From Folioceros fuciformis (taxonomy: Eukaryota): 64,000 nt of DNA. A program made the translations under genes and the position numbers. Numbering within the stretch: the stretch's first letter is position 1; every line of letters begins with the position of its first letter. This document shows, in pieces, positions 24,661-36,555 of the stretch. The DNA is taken from contig JBNGIO010005634.1 of NCBI GenBank assembly GCA_049999805.1, positions 1 to 64,000 on the forward strand, read 5' to 3'. Below the pieces are notes generated by a model. It saw only the letters and a list, made by a program, of their open reading frames with translations, was not told where the DNA came from and did not search any database.

Positions 24661-25984
24661 TTAAGCGCGACTCATATAAGTTCCTGTCCGTGTATCCACC
24701 ATGATAACGTCGCCAGTATTTACGAACAGCGGCACTGTAACAACTGCTCCTGTATCGACAGTAGCAGGTTTTGATCCTCCTGTGGACATGGGCACCCGAT
24801 TAGTGACTGGCTCTGCAGAACAGTAAACCTATTCTGCCAAAAATACCTGCCATAACTTTACCTTGGGCTGTGTCTCCCTTCAGGCCTGGATCGGTTTGAG
24901 TTACAGTCAATTTGACTGTGATAGGAAGCTCCACGTCTATTACCTGGAAGCGGGCAACACGGGGTTAATGAAGGGAAAATTGCTACTCGAAGCAGTTAAC
25001 AGCAACTAAGCGCTTTACATACTCGGCCGTTCCAGGAAAGGACTGCACATTCCATTCCCTCCTTCAAAAATTTGGTTTTGTCGGCAAGATCAGAGAGACT
25101 GAGCCTGGCCTCTTCATAGGAAGTCTGCGGAATTCACCATCCATCAGTTTCACAACGGGAATATGCCTGTTTCCAGCGGTGGAACTGAAAGATACTGTAT
25201 CAAAGAGTTCAAAGACCTTGCCAGGCAGCTCACCATGTCCATGAAGACATACTGATCGCCATCCACGTAGGTGAATTGCTTGAACTCTTTGACGACGTTG
25301 GCTTCGTCGACCTGGGGACAAATGGACAAATTGTAGCCTACAATGGAGCGGCAAAGAACAAGGCATCTCCAAGGCGGGCGGAGAAAGGACCAGACCATAC
25401 CGATTCCCCAGCTCTAAAGGTTCTCTCCACCGTGTTTCCCGTGATGTAGTTCCGCAGTTTGGTCCGCACAAAAGCGGCACCCTTTCCAGGCTTGACATGG
25501 AGAAATTCTGCCACATTATCACAATCTCAACGCACTAGCAAGAGGAAGCAGAAGGTGAAGCGAAGCGGCCGAACAGCTGGCAGAAACGGACCTTGCACGC
25601 GCCACGGAGCGTTGTCCAACTCAATATTAGTCCCAGGCCTGAAATCGTTGCTGGATATGGCAAAGATCTCTGCATGTCAAGCTGCATTTCCATCAGAAGT
25701 GACAACGCCATTCCGTCCCTCCACTGTTCAAACTTGCGACGATCAATGTGCATCAGGCAAACTTTCAGGTCTGGATAGCAAAAAACTTTGTTCTTACCGA
25801 AACTGGAGGGCGTGTAGCAGGGTCGGATATCTGCCGCGATCCTCAGCCTTGTGCCGCTGAATCCAGTTCTCAGAAGACAAGGAGGAGCGCAGGACGATGC
25901 AGAGGCTGAGGCCGATGACGCCGAGGCCAGGACTGTGCTGCAGCTGGCCACAGGCCTCCCGCACGGAGCCACTGTGCACGCCAT
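24661..25984 (-). CDS. EFP: Organellar (plastid-type) translation elongation factor P, multi-exon
   Basis: Ser/Ala-rich transit peptide; exons [22 protein letters not shown] / [35 protein letters not shown] / [16 protein letters not shown] / FLKEGME / [25 protein letters not shown] / [38 protein letters not shown]. Confidence 0.93.
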
Positions 25985-27298
25985 AGCTTCCCTTACTGTA
26001 GGGCTTTGCAGAGGTTTTGTGACTCGGTACAGATTGTCTACTTCAAGATCTCTTAGAAAGCCCTAAAAGGCAAGCTTAGTTCTCCGGGATAGAAGGAAAC
26101 GAGCTTCTTACTCCCTCCTGTGATCGCCTCGCTGTTGGCTGCCAGGGCCAGGGTCAAGACTTAGAGGAAGGTATCAAGGTGTTGCACAGGCGGTGCCGGA
26201 TGCCATGGTATCGCACTCGCATACCTCAGTCAGCTCCGCGTCAAGGTTCTCCAAGTTTTGGTTGTGCCGTGGGAAGTCCACAAAACAGCGTGGTGTGTCA
26301 CAAGGTACATCATCTATCAACGTTTGAATCATGGATGTGAGACACCGCTTGGAGATGCATCATCCCCCGTGGCCTTCTGCTGGGACTGTGTCTGCGTGGC
26401 TTGCGACTCAGCCACAATTCCAGAGTGGCTCCAGGTCTGCGGAACAGTAAGGAGAACCCAGTAGTTGCGCTATGGCCGTTGTCGGGCAGACGGCACGGAT
26501 TCTTCGTGGCCAGCAGAGGGTGCGTATCACCATGGCAATACTGCCAAGGCAGCGTCGGAGGTGAAGCCGTAAAGCAAGAGCAATAGAAACTGGCAAGGCT
26601 GTAGCCTGCCATGGCAGGCTACAGCCAGGAGCCACACAGGGACTACCTCTGCCACAATCACCTTCCTCCTCTGTTTTGCCGGTTTGCTTTGCGCATCTGT
26701 CTGTTGCGAACATACTCTGGCGCTTCCTTTTTCGAGATGTAACAGAAACCAATTGCCTGCAAGGCGATTACTGAACCCTTGAAGCTCCATTTTCTATTTG
26801 CATGCATCTGGTGCGGAATTTGTCGAATCCGGCACTGGCAAAGGATGCCGTAAGGAGGGGAAGGGAAGGATGATACTGAACAGGGGCAACTGTCCAGCTG
26901 CTACCGGTTGAACTAAATGGCGAGAACCAGAGGTCAGTGGACGATGACCAACAGGAAGGAGGCCTCGTCACAGCGATGGATAACGGATGAAAAAGGGACT
27001 TGATTTTTGAACTCTCCCCTCCAACTACAGTAGTACCAGACCGGAAACTGCCTGACCTCCTTGGAAGTGCTGCTCGAATTAATTATGTTACTCGTTTATT
27101 GTTCTGAAATAATTGGTTTCGTTTGTTTTTAAACCTGTCGGTCGGCCTCGAAAGGGCTTGGCTTGGCTCGTCGGTCACCCCTAAGAAATGTTTGATGGCG
27201 CTAAAATAAAGCCTTAAATCTTTAGTCGCCCTGACGAAAGGAATTTGGATGTGCGGCCTCACCATTTGTGGGACGCACTACACGCGATTTGTGGCAAC

Positions 27299-30172
27299 AT
27301 GCTGCAGAACAAGTCTTTCACGAGGAAGACCCGGAGAGGCAAGGTGCTGAAAGTAGTCCGGGAGCATTATCTGAGAGATGACATATGGTGCGGAGCTGTC
27401 TTTTGTGAGGACTGCGACACGACTTCTGCTTGTTTGCGGAAGTCGCCGGAGCAGATAGTGGTGATTGATACCAACGTTGCTCTCCATCAGATCGACCTGC
27501 TGGAGAATCCTGGGATAGGTAACGTGGTGGTACTGTCGGTGGTTTTGGAGGAGGTGAAGAACAAGAATATCAGTGTCTACAATCGACTGAGGGCTATTTG
27601 CAGCAACCCGGAGCGGCGGTTTTTTGTGTTTGCAAATGAGCATCATAGGGATACCTTTGTCACGGGGAGGGATGGGGAGAGCCCGAACGATCGGAATGAC
27701 AGGGCAATTCGCGTTGCAAGTGCGTGGTATCAGGCGCACTTAGAGGGGGCTAGGGTTTTGCTAGTCACTAACGATGCAGAGAATCGGAGGAGAGCGAGTG
27801 AGGAGGGAGTGCGTGCGGAGACTGTACAGTCGTTTGTGCAGTCGCTTGGGCAGCCTGAGCTCCTGGATTTGGTGGCTCAAGCGAAAAATGAGGATGTGGA
27901 CGATGTGGAAGATGCTCGAGCGTTCAAGAGGACGAGGATATATGCAGACCACAAGCCTATGTCTGAGATCACGGCAGGTCTGCATACTGGTCTCTATCAC
28001 CAGGGTAAACTGAGAGTTAATAGGTATAACTCGTACTCGGCTTCAGTGACGGTGGACTCTGTTGGTGCTGATGTTCTTGTGAATGGGCGAGTGGACATGA
28101 ATCGGGCATTCGATGGTGACGTAGTGGCTGTGGAGTTGCTGCCTGAGAGTCAGTGGAGTGATGGCATCTCGAACAAGATCATGGAAGAGGAGGAGGAAGG
28201 GGCAGAAGATGCTGTCAGTTTGGTCCCGGCTACTGCAGAAGATGCACCTGAGGCTGCTGAAATATTAGCTGAGCCTGTGCCAAAGGATGGTTCTGGCCCC
28301 GGCAAACCCTGTGGTCGTGTTGTAGGTATTATCAAGCGTAATTGGCGAAGTTATTGCGGATCATTGCAAGCACCCCGGGCTGGTGAGGGTGGGGGATCCA
28401 CAAGTGCGTTGTTCATTGCCACGGATAAGAGGATACCCAAGATCCGGATACAGACAAGGCAGCTTTCTAATCTGATATCGAAGCGGTTAATGGTGTCTGT
28501 GGACTTTTGGGAGCCAACATCTCTCTATCCTTCGGGTCACTACATCAAGACGCTCGGGGACATTGGAGATCGTGCTACTGAAAGTGACATATTGCTGATA
28601 GAAAATGACATCAATACCAGGCCATTTTCAGCACAGGTGATGGCTTGTGTTCCGAAGTCTCCCTGGGTCATGCCGCAAGAGGAGCTTAGAAATGTACATC
28701 GTGAGGATTTTCGCCAGCGTCGGATTTTCAGTGTCGACCCCCCCGGATGTACAGATATAGATGATGCCTTGAGTTGCACCCTTCTTCCGTCTGGAAATTA
28801 TGAGGTTGGTGTCCACATTGCAGATGTCACGACGTTTGTCCATCCTGGCACCCCGCTAGATGATGAGGCAGCAGAACGTGGCACTTCTACTTACTTGGTG
28901 GAGCGGCGTATAAACATGCTTCCGAAGGAGCTGACAGAAGACGCTTGCTCCCTTAGAGCAGACGTGGAGCGGCTGGCATTTTCTGTGTTGTGGGAAATGA
29001 CTCCTGATGCAGATGTGATTTCTACCCGTTTCACCAAAAGCATAATCAAGTCTTGTGCAGCCTTCACATATGCTGAAGCGCAGGCACGTATAGATGACAC
29101 CCAGATGGAAGACCCATTGACAACTGATCTTCGCCACATGAATGGGCTTGCAAAGGTCATGAGAGCCAGGAGAATAGAGCGTGGAGCCTTGACTCTGGCA
29201 TCGCCGGAGGTGAAGTTTGATATTGACACAGAGACTCATAATCCTTTGGATGTAGCAATGTACCAAGTGAGGGAAACCAACCAGATGGTCGAAGAGTTCA
29301 TGCTTGCTGCGAACGTATCAGTAGCTCAGAAGATTCTGAAGCATTTCCCCTTCTGTTCTTTACTGAGGCGGCATCAGATCCCAACTCCCAAGATGCTGGA
29401 ACCTTTAGTGCGAACAGCAGCAGCCGTGGGTGTGGAGTTGGACATCACCTCTTCCAGGTCTCTTGCTGATTCTCTGGACAGAGCCGTAGGAGTTGATCCA
29501 TACTTCAACAAACTGATCAGGATTCTGGCAACACGCTGCATGACCCAGGCGTTGTATTTCAGCAGCGGGAATGTCTCTGAACCCGAGTTCCACCACTATG
29601 GCCTGGCTGCCCCTCTTTACACCCATTTCACTTCCCCCATCAGGAGATATGCGGATGTTATCGTCCATAGGTTACTTGCAGCTGCCTTGGGATTGTGCAG
29701 CCTTCCTGCTTCTTTGCAGGACAAAAAATCCCTTACAGACATCTGCGACATCCTCAATTACCGGCACCGAAATGCCCAAGTGGCAGGTCGAGCTTCCGTC
29801 GAGCTCCATACTCTCATCTTCTTCAAAGAAAGGCCCACAGACACGGAGGCAAGGATTGTGAAAATCCAGTCCAACGGCCTCATTGTGTTCGTGCCTAAAT
29901 ATGGCATTGAGGGCCCAGTCCACTTCGAGGGCAAAGAGGAAAACTCAAGCAGAATCACCTCTGCCAAAACCAAGGTACGAGACCTTCCTCCTCAGAACAA
30001 AGAGCCCTCGCTCGGTTGGGTTGTGAACGAGAAGACCCAGACTGTGTCGTCCACTGGGAGCTCGGTTCTGTACAGAATATTGGATAAAGTATTCGTCCAC
30101 ATCGAAGTCGTAGAACCCCAACCTAGCCGAAGAAAACTACAGCTCACACTTATTCCTGAGTTGCCCTCTTAG
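27299..30172 (+). CDS. RRP44A: Exosome complex exonuclease RRP44/DIS3 (PIN + CSD + RNB + S1), single exon
   Basis: MLQNKSFTRKTRRGKVLKVVREHYLRDDIWCG; PIN motifs VIDTNV and ESPNDRNDRAIR; RNB catalytic SVDPPGCTDIDDAL; HYGLAAPLYTHFTSPIRRYAD. Confidence 0.96.
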   Translation: MLQNKSFTRKTRRGKVLKVVREHYLRDDIWCGAVFCEDCDTTSACLRKSPEQIVVIDTNVALHQIDLLENPGIGNVVVLSVVLEEVKNKNISVYNRLRAICSNPERRFFVFANEHHRDTFVTGRDGESPNDRNDRAIRVASAWYQAHLEGARVLLVTNDAENRRRASEEGVRAETVQSFVQSLGQPELLDLVAQAKNEDVDDVEDARAFKRTRIYADHKPMSEITAGLHTGLYHQGKLRVNRYNSYSASVTVDSVGADVLVNGRVDMNRAFDGDVVAVELLPESQWSDGISNKIMEEEEEGAEDAVSLVPATAEDAPEAAEILAEPVPKDGSGPGKPCGRVVGIIKRNWRSYCGSLQAPRAGEGGGSTSALFIATDKRIPKIRIQTRQLSNLISKRLMVSVDFWEPTSLYPSGHYIKTLGDIGDRATESDILLIENDINTRPFSAQVMACVPKSPWVMPQEELRNVHREDFRQRRIFSVDPPGCTDIDDALSCTLLPSGNYEVGVHIADVTTFVHPGTPLDDEAAERGTSTYLVERRINMLPKELTEDACSLRADVERLAFSVLWEMTPDADVISTRFTKSIIKSCAAFTYAEAQARIDDTQMEDPLTTDLRHMNGLAKVMRARRIERGALTLASPEVKFDIDTETHNPLDVAMYQVRETNQMVEEFMLAANVSVAQKILKHFPFCSLLRRHQIPTPKMLEPLVRTAAAVGVELDITSSRSLADSLDRAVGVDPYFNKLIRILATRCMTQALYFSSGNVSEPEFHHYGLAAPLYTHFTSPIRRYADVIVHRLLAAALGLCSLPASLQDKKSLTDICDILNYRHRNAQVAGRASVELHTLIFFKERPTDTEARIVKIQSNGLIVFVPKYGIEGPVHFEGKEENSSRITSAKTKVRDLPPQNKEPSLGWVVNEKTQTVSSTGSSVLYRILDKVFVHIEVVEPQPSRRKLQLTLIPELPS

Positions 30173-30523
30173 CCTTGAAACACTGCCCCTGTTCAGTTTT
30201 TGTCATAACATCTACTTTGAATAAACTCTAAGCCTCTCTCTAATGTGTACGCGTGTGTCCGGCATTAGGTGAACTAGGTTGTTGGGAACAGTTATTGTTG
30301 CAGGACCTTCCACACCGACAAAAGACCAGACGGTGAAGCACTAGGCTCCGTCGCGTCTTCATCACTGCCCTGTGCACAATACGGAAGGTGCATTCACCGC
30401 CTTCAGGAAGGGACCTTCACCGTTTTCATCAATGCCCTATAAATGGCTGCTCTGTGCCGAGAGTAGGAGCGTTCCAATGAATCACCCAAAACCGCAGATG
30501 GCCCCACCACTCGGGCAACCTCC

Positions 30524-30604
30524 ACCGGGCTGTTTCGTATGCGACCGGGCTGTTTCGTATGCGACCGGGCTGTTTCGTATGCGACCGGGCTGTTTCGTAT
30601 GCGA
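30524..30604. repeat. 20-bp tandem repeat x4 (ACCGGGCTGTTTCGTATGCG)
   Basis: Directly visible. Confidence 0.9.
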
Positions 30605-31084
30605 TCGGTGTGTTGTATCCGTATGTGGAGAATGCCATCGAAGCTTGCAAATGGATACCCGATGGCCATTAAGGCCGGCACGTGTGTCCGCACGGCCCTC
30701 CACGGCCGCTAGATGTACCTCTATGTTCTTGCCCATGACCATTGCATGGTCAGTCATGCAGCATCGAACTTCGAACTTGTGGTCACAAGTGTTCTCAACG
30801 CCTGTGCTCGTGCCCCACAGACCAAAAAAAACTCTGGAGTTCCTATCCGTTTACACCGGTCGTTGTTATCCGTTTACACGCTACTAAAAATATTTGTTTA
30901 AGGTTACCAGTGCACCTTCAGGCCCGTCCCGGACAAAAGCCGTGCGGTAGGCCAGAGGAGGCGCAAGCGGGTAGAAGTCACAGTGAGCCTGTTAGGCCCG
31001 TTTCACAAGCCTGGTATAAATCCTTACACACCTCATGTGATTGGAGGGTCAATTTGTACCCGGTTCACAAGGACTAAATAACCC

Positions 31085-31184
31085 NNNNNNNNNNNNNNNN
31101 NNNNNNNNNNNNNNNNNNNNNNNNNNNNNNNNNNNNNNNNNNNNNNNNNNNNNNNNNNNNNNNNNNNNNNNNNNNNNNNNNNNN
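31085..31184. other. Assembly gap (100 N), probably zero-length
   Basis: ACAAGGACTAAATAACCC occurs immediately before and immediately after the gap. Confidence 0.85.
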
Positions 31185-31431
31185 ACAAGGACTAAATAAC
31201 CCACCCCCGGCCCTTACGTGGATGCCACGGCAGGGTGTTTTTCGATGTCAGAAAACACCGGCCAAGTTCGCCAGTGTTTTCTGACATTTATTATGTACCT
31301 TGCATGGACCAATGGCATAAAAGGTCAATGCTTATTTTTATGAGTTTTTTTACTGTAATGTTATCCAACTTGTAAGAAAGGGTGCTTACAAAACTAGCAG
31401 CCCAAGGTATGTGAAGGCCGCTCTCGAGAGC

Positions 31432-31705
31432 GGATAGGAGGAGAGTGCCCGCTTCGACAGGAGGAGAGTGTCTGCCTGACAGGAGGAGAGTGTCTGCCTG
31501 ACAGGAGGAGAGTGTCTGCCTGGACAGGAGGAGAGTGCCCCCTTCGACAGGAGGAGAGTGTCTACCTGGACAGGAGGAGAGTGCCCCCTTCGACAGGAGG
31601 AGAGTGTCTGCCTGGACAGGAGGAGAGTGTCCGCCTGGACAGGAGGAGAGTGCCCGCCTTTGAGCCGCAGAGGAGAGTGCCCGCCATTCAGCTGTGGAGG
31701 AGAAT
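31432..31705. repeat. ~22-24-bp minisatellite (GACAGGAGGAGAGTGTCTGCCTG variants) inside the Harbinger element
   Basis: Directly visible, ~11 copies of the GGAGGAGAGTG core. Confidence 0.9.
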
Positions 31706-31765
31706 TTCTCCTTATGCGTGCCATCTGCATGATTGTGTAGGTAATCAACTACGATTTGCTAGCTG

Positions 31766-32644
31766 ATACAGCAGGGTATATTCATCGCGTAGGTCGGACA
31801 TGGAGAGCAAGACAAAGTGGTGTTGCTATCACGCTGGTGAGTGCCTGCATTGGAGCTTCAGTGCTGCTCTCAATGCTTGTCATGCAAAACTTCCTCACAG
31901 CATATGATGAATTTGGTAGGTTGGACCCAAAGATGAAGAGTTGTGGAATGAGATCCAATCAGCATTGAAAGGTGTGGAGGAGGTCGGCAATGAAGGGAAG
32001 CCTATCTTGGAGTATCCCCTGCTGACAAACGCTGTCGTTGCATCTTTGAGATATAGGGCTGAGGTGAAAATCATAACCGTTTTTGTTGTGGCTAGTGACA
32101 TTATTGGCCTTTCTCACGGAGTTGCATATGTCATTCTGATGTAGCTCTTGCATTTCCACGATGTTGCTTGGAAGATCACTACGTTTGTTATGAAAGAAGC
32201 ACGAGTGAAGGAATTATTCATCGAGATCCTGAATTCAGAGAGGTAGGTTGCGAAACTTTCTACAGTGCTGCCGTTCCTTCTCAAATCAACCAGTGCAGTA
32301 GAATTGATGTTGTGTTATGTGCAGGTTGAAGGCTCATTTTGAGGACAATCCTAAGGATATGGGTGAGTCTCGGCAGGAAGCTAAGCTTGTGTTGGACTAG
32401 GAAAGCATGGGCTAATAAGATTACTTGCAAGGGTCTTGCAGAACTGTTACAGCACGACAAGGTGCTGAGTAAGGAAGCACCCGCTCAGCATCTTTCAACT
32501 ATGCAGGAGTATCTACAAGACCTAGTGGTCGAGGCTGCTAGTAGATCTCTGAAGCTGGCTGATGAAGCTATCGGTCAAGCCAAACAGCGCTACACCGCCG
32601 TTGAGCCGCGCAGAAGAGTGCCCACCGAAGAGCCGAGTCCTTGA
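31766..32644 (+). pseudogene. 3' fragment of DEAD-box RNA helicase DDX56/Dbp9/RH16-like, introns retained
   Basis: Exons GYIHRVGRTWRARQSGVAITL / ..YPLLTNAVVASLRYRAE / DVAWKITTFVMKEARVKELFIEILNSE / RLKAHFEDNPKD / LLQHDKVLSKEAPAQHL..EYL. Motif VI is mutated (G>W), one acceptor is CAC, and the N-terminal DEAD domain is absent. Confidence 0.8.
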
Positions 32645-32849
32645 CTTCGTGCGTGCTGTGGTTAGGGATCTGCCCATCGTCGCCACGTGCTTGCAGCCTT
32701 GCTGTGAGGTAATTCCAAGGTATTCAGTGGTAATGGAATTTTTGGATGGCATAACGAGCTCTCTAAAGTTTCTGGCTGACCTTGGCTTGACATAACAAGC
32801 TCTCTATCTCAACACGTTTGGCAGGTTTCTAGGCTTTTAGGTTTGGCTA

Positions 32850-33918
32850 TGGCTGGGCAACAAGGTCATGGGGATGAGTCTTCACTACAAAGACGGCCTT
32901 CCCAAACTTTTTCAAGTTCTCCATTTGGCTTAGGAGGGGAGTCGACAATTCAAAGCTACAGATTTGAACAGTCCTCTGAGACATGGAGCCAACCTCCAAG
33001 TCAACAAATATCACAAGGATGCTCCCCTCATGAGCAGCAAGCATTCTCAATGCCTCTGCTTGGAAGTGTCATGCTAGGCTCTGGTTTCAAACGGCCTACA
33101 CCAAGCAATGTCATTGACCTAGAAACTGGTCATGAGGTTCCAATTTCACAGGACACTGGCACAGGGTCAAAGAAGCGTAGGGGGAAAAGCAAAAAACACT
33201 TGGAACTTGAAGGGGAGGATCAAGTTCGAAGGACAAGTGGTGGAAGGGGTCCACAATGGACTAAATACAATACCATCCACTTGATCCACCGTAGAGGTTC
33301 TATGGAGGAGGATTTCAATAAAGCACCCAAGCAAGGTATCGACGTGTGGAACAAGCTCTATACGAGATTGTGTGCGGTCTGCCCGGATTTCAACAAGGAT
33401 TCTGAGGCATGTCGTTAGAAGCACAAGAGCCTTATGAAGGATTACAGGAAGGACAAAGCCGAGAACGAGGCAAGTGGGCATGGAAGGTTTGATAAATGTA
33501 AGTTTTTTTATCTCATGGATGAATACCATGGTAAACGTCTTATGGTCAATTGCCATGCACATGCCAGCTCCCTTCCTAGGACATTTGCTATGCCCGAGAG
33601 GCTCTATGGACTCTACTATGGGCTCTACTTTTTTGGATGTCACAGATGGTTTGGAGAGTGAACCTAAGCCACCACCAGATGATGAGCCCATACACCAGGA
33701 ATCAAATGGTCAAGCCCCGTTAACAGGTGGCCAAAAAAAGAACAAGGCAAGAAAGAGAGACCCAAGTCTGGCAACTATGGAGTAGATGGCTAAGCACACA
33801 GAATGTTTATTACAAGAGTACAAGGCAATTGAAGCGCAGAAGTTGACTTTACTCTAATCCATGAACGACGCACTTGGCAACTTGGCAACATACTTGATGC
33901 ACAAACAGAACACATGAG
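32850..33918 (+). pseudogene. Harbinger Myb/SANT-like (trihelix) accessory protein, disrupted
   Basis: GPQWTKYNTIHLIHRRG..VWNKLYTRLCAVCPDFNKDSEACR*KHKSLMKDYRKDK..CKFFYLMDE; in-frame stops and a frameshift. Confidence 0.7.
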
Positions 33919-34338
33919 CTAGTTTTGGTAGAATTTGCATTTCTAGTTTCTATTGTTCACCTTCGGTCTTAGACTTTGAGCCAAGGGCTGGTTTTGGAAA
34001 TTTAAGTGTTTTAGTTTTTATTGTTCACCTTCATTCTCCGTCTTAGACTCTAGACCCAAAACCTCGTTTGCCCGTCATTTCAAGCGCAATTCATACAAGC
34101 TTTTGGCTAAAGCCCTCCAACGTGCTACACCTTGTCTATAACCAGCCCTTGCATATGGGTTTTGGTCTCCACCGTCGGCATGGTCTTTCACATTCACCAT
34201 ATTTCGTCTTTGCCCATGCTTATCATATGCATTGTTGATTTCATACAATGACTCTACAGCTGCCCTTAAAGCTTCTCGTTGCAGTGGAGTCCGCCATTGA
34301 TGATTGCTGGAAGCGGATCTTTGAAGTTCAAGAGTAGC

Positions 34339-35400
34339 TTAATTGAACCATTCATCCTTAAATCCATCATTATGCTCCACACACATGTTATGCAATACTA
34401 AGCATGCACTAACAACAGAAGGCACATTTTTCAACTTCATATCATTTCTCTTTAGCAAAATACGAAACCTATATTTCAACATGCCGTATGTCCTTTCCAC
34501 CACCATTTGAGTACTAGATTGAATAAAATTCCAATTGGCTTCCTCCGGTGTAAATCCATCTTCATGCCTACAGAATGGAGTTAATAGATGTCCTTGAGGC
34601 CAATAACCTGCATCTCCCACTAAGGCAAACTCATCTAGTATACCTGTTGCACATCTCTTTCCAATTTCCGACCGCTCCCACAAGTTCCAATCATTCATGC
34701 TACCTGCCCAACCGAAATCATAATCCCAAACCATTCCTTTTGCATTCACTACTAATTGAAGCAAGCAACTATGAAACCCCTTCCTACAATAATACTCAGC
34801 ATGGTACTCTTTTGGTGCTATGATGGGAATATGGCTACCATCTACTGCTCCTATAACATAAGGAATTCCTCTCAATGCCTCAAACTTAGTTGCATACATC
34901 TCCATCTTATTTTTAGATGGCCATTAGATATACACATCATGCAAGATAGCCCTAGGAGCATTGCAAAATTGTAATACGATACCTTGAACAGTAGATGTAC
35001 CATACCCATACAGGTCAGCAGGTCAGCAATAGTGGACAACCTATCCCCACCAGCCAAGCGCATTAAACTAATGGATACTCGAGCATCCACTAGGACTGCA
35101 TCTCTAGTAATTATATGTTGTTTTTGAAGTATAGGTGCCAACTTCATACAAATAAAGTCAAAGGTAGGTCTACTTAAACACATCCTGTTCTTGAACAACT
35201 CTACAGTGTATGTCCCCATAAGGCTATTGTGGAAGAACGTTTGAAATGCCTACCTCATTGTATTGCAGCATATGAACGGTAGTAGAAATACTAGCTTGTA
35301 AATTCAAAAGCAAAGAATGTGAAGTAGCTTCTAACGCCATATACAACATGATGCCCATTAGAAAAACACACCACAAGTTTTGTTCATGGCGATCCATGAT
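34339..35400 (-). pseudogene. PIF/Harbinger DDE transposase (HARBI1-like), frameshifted
   Basis: FKNRMCLSRPTFDFIC; VIGAVDGSHIPIIAP..YYCRKGFHSCLLQLVV..GWAGSMNDWNLW..LVGDAGY..NFIQSSTQMVVERTYGMLKYRFRIL..ACLVLHNMC. Confidence 0.88.
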
Positions 35401-35821
35401 AAACCCTAAGTGAAGCCCTCCACTCAAAATCCCAGCTCCAACCTCCAAGCTGCACACCTATGAGAAAAAGAAGCAAATGAAACGCCTTTGGCCGCATAAG
35501 CTAGAGCCTTATGTATACCCCTATGGGTAAAATGGTGGGTCCATGTGAAAGAGTGTGGGACCACATGTGAAAAAATATACCGGTCTTGTGAAACGAGGAA
35601 CGAGGTAAACCCCCACCGTGGCCATGCCAAGGGTGGTATGCATTGCCCACCGTGGCGGTGACACGCGCCACATGTCACTGACATGCGCTAAAAATGTATC
35701 GGGCTTATGAAACGGGCCTTAGTTTCTTTCGTACTCCTCATGATGTATACGGAATATACAGCAAGCATATATATGAAAATATATTTGTATATACCCATGG
35801 AGTCCTTGTACGTATGCATCT

Positions 35822-35976
35822 TCATTCAAAACCAAAAGCACGGGTCGAGAGTCTTTGTTCACTTCAAACCCAAAAGCATGGGTCGAGAGTCACCGCTCAC
35901 TTCAAACCCAAAAGCATGGGTCGAGAGTCACCGCTCACTTCAAACCCAAAAGCACGGGTCGAGAGTCTCAGTTCAC
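35822..35976. repeat. 38-bp tandem repeat x4 (TTCAAACCCAAAAGCATGGGTCGAGAGTCACCGCTCAC)
   Basis: Directly visible, subterminal in the putative Mutator-like element. Confidence 0.9.
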
Positions 35977-36239
35977 TGCAAACGCCTATTGCATACGAAG
36001 AGAGACAAATGCGATGAAATTGCAGTGCCTTGTGTCCTTCTCAACTTCGAATTGCGATGTCGTTGACCACATAAGTAAACCGAAATTTCCGGTTTCAAGC
36101 ATATTGGAAGGATAATGCTATTACTGGAAACACCAAATAAGAACGGCAAGTACAACATGCTTTTACAAAAGCAAACACAATTCTAGATGTAGACTGCTTT
36201 GTCTTTGTTTGAAATTGTGGTGTAGGCTATTGCGTCTTG

Positions 36240-36392
36240 CGTCTTTAACCACTCCAACCTCCGACTTCTTAATCGCTTCTTGGTCAAAGAAGCTCTTGGC
36301 AATGCTTTCAAGTGACTATGATATGCCTCTTTATTTGAATTACAATTTTGTCTAGAATGTGGCACAGTTTGCACCGCTACCAACCACATGTC
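36240..36392 (-). pseudogene. Mutator/SWIM-type transposase fragment (region with third catalytic residue)
   Basis: MWLVAVQTVPHSRQNCNSNKEAYHSHLK..KKRLRSRRLEWL resembles the MW..R..PHA.Q.TN..IE.YH..LK..RR.DWL block. Confidence 0.6.
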
Positions 36393-36555
36393 AATTATAG
36401 GATCCTATTGCTTTCGAAAATAATTCATGAATGTCAGTGCAATGGCCTGAAACTCCATGTACAAATAGGTTACAGCAGCTCGTCCTTCTTGTATGCTGCT
36501 ATTAGCATACATAATATTTGAGAAAGCCTTATACATTCGTTTCCTCCCTTTTGCA

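Larger units (their letters stand above)
30995..35718. mobile_element. PIF/Harbinger DNA transposon (decayed) with captured host gene fragment
   Basis: TIRs GGCCCGTTTCACAAGCC (30995) / GGCTTATGAAACGGGCC (ends 35718), both flanked by TTA. Contains a Myb/SANT-like ORF and a convergent HARBI-type DDE transposase. Confidence 0.85.

Noticed and set aside
26875-30197. 14-bp inverted match (ACTGAACAGGGGCA) on either side of DIS3
   Set aside because: Too short, no TSD or other transposon hallmark; plausible by chance
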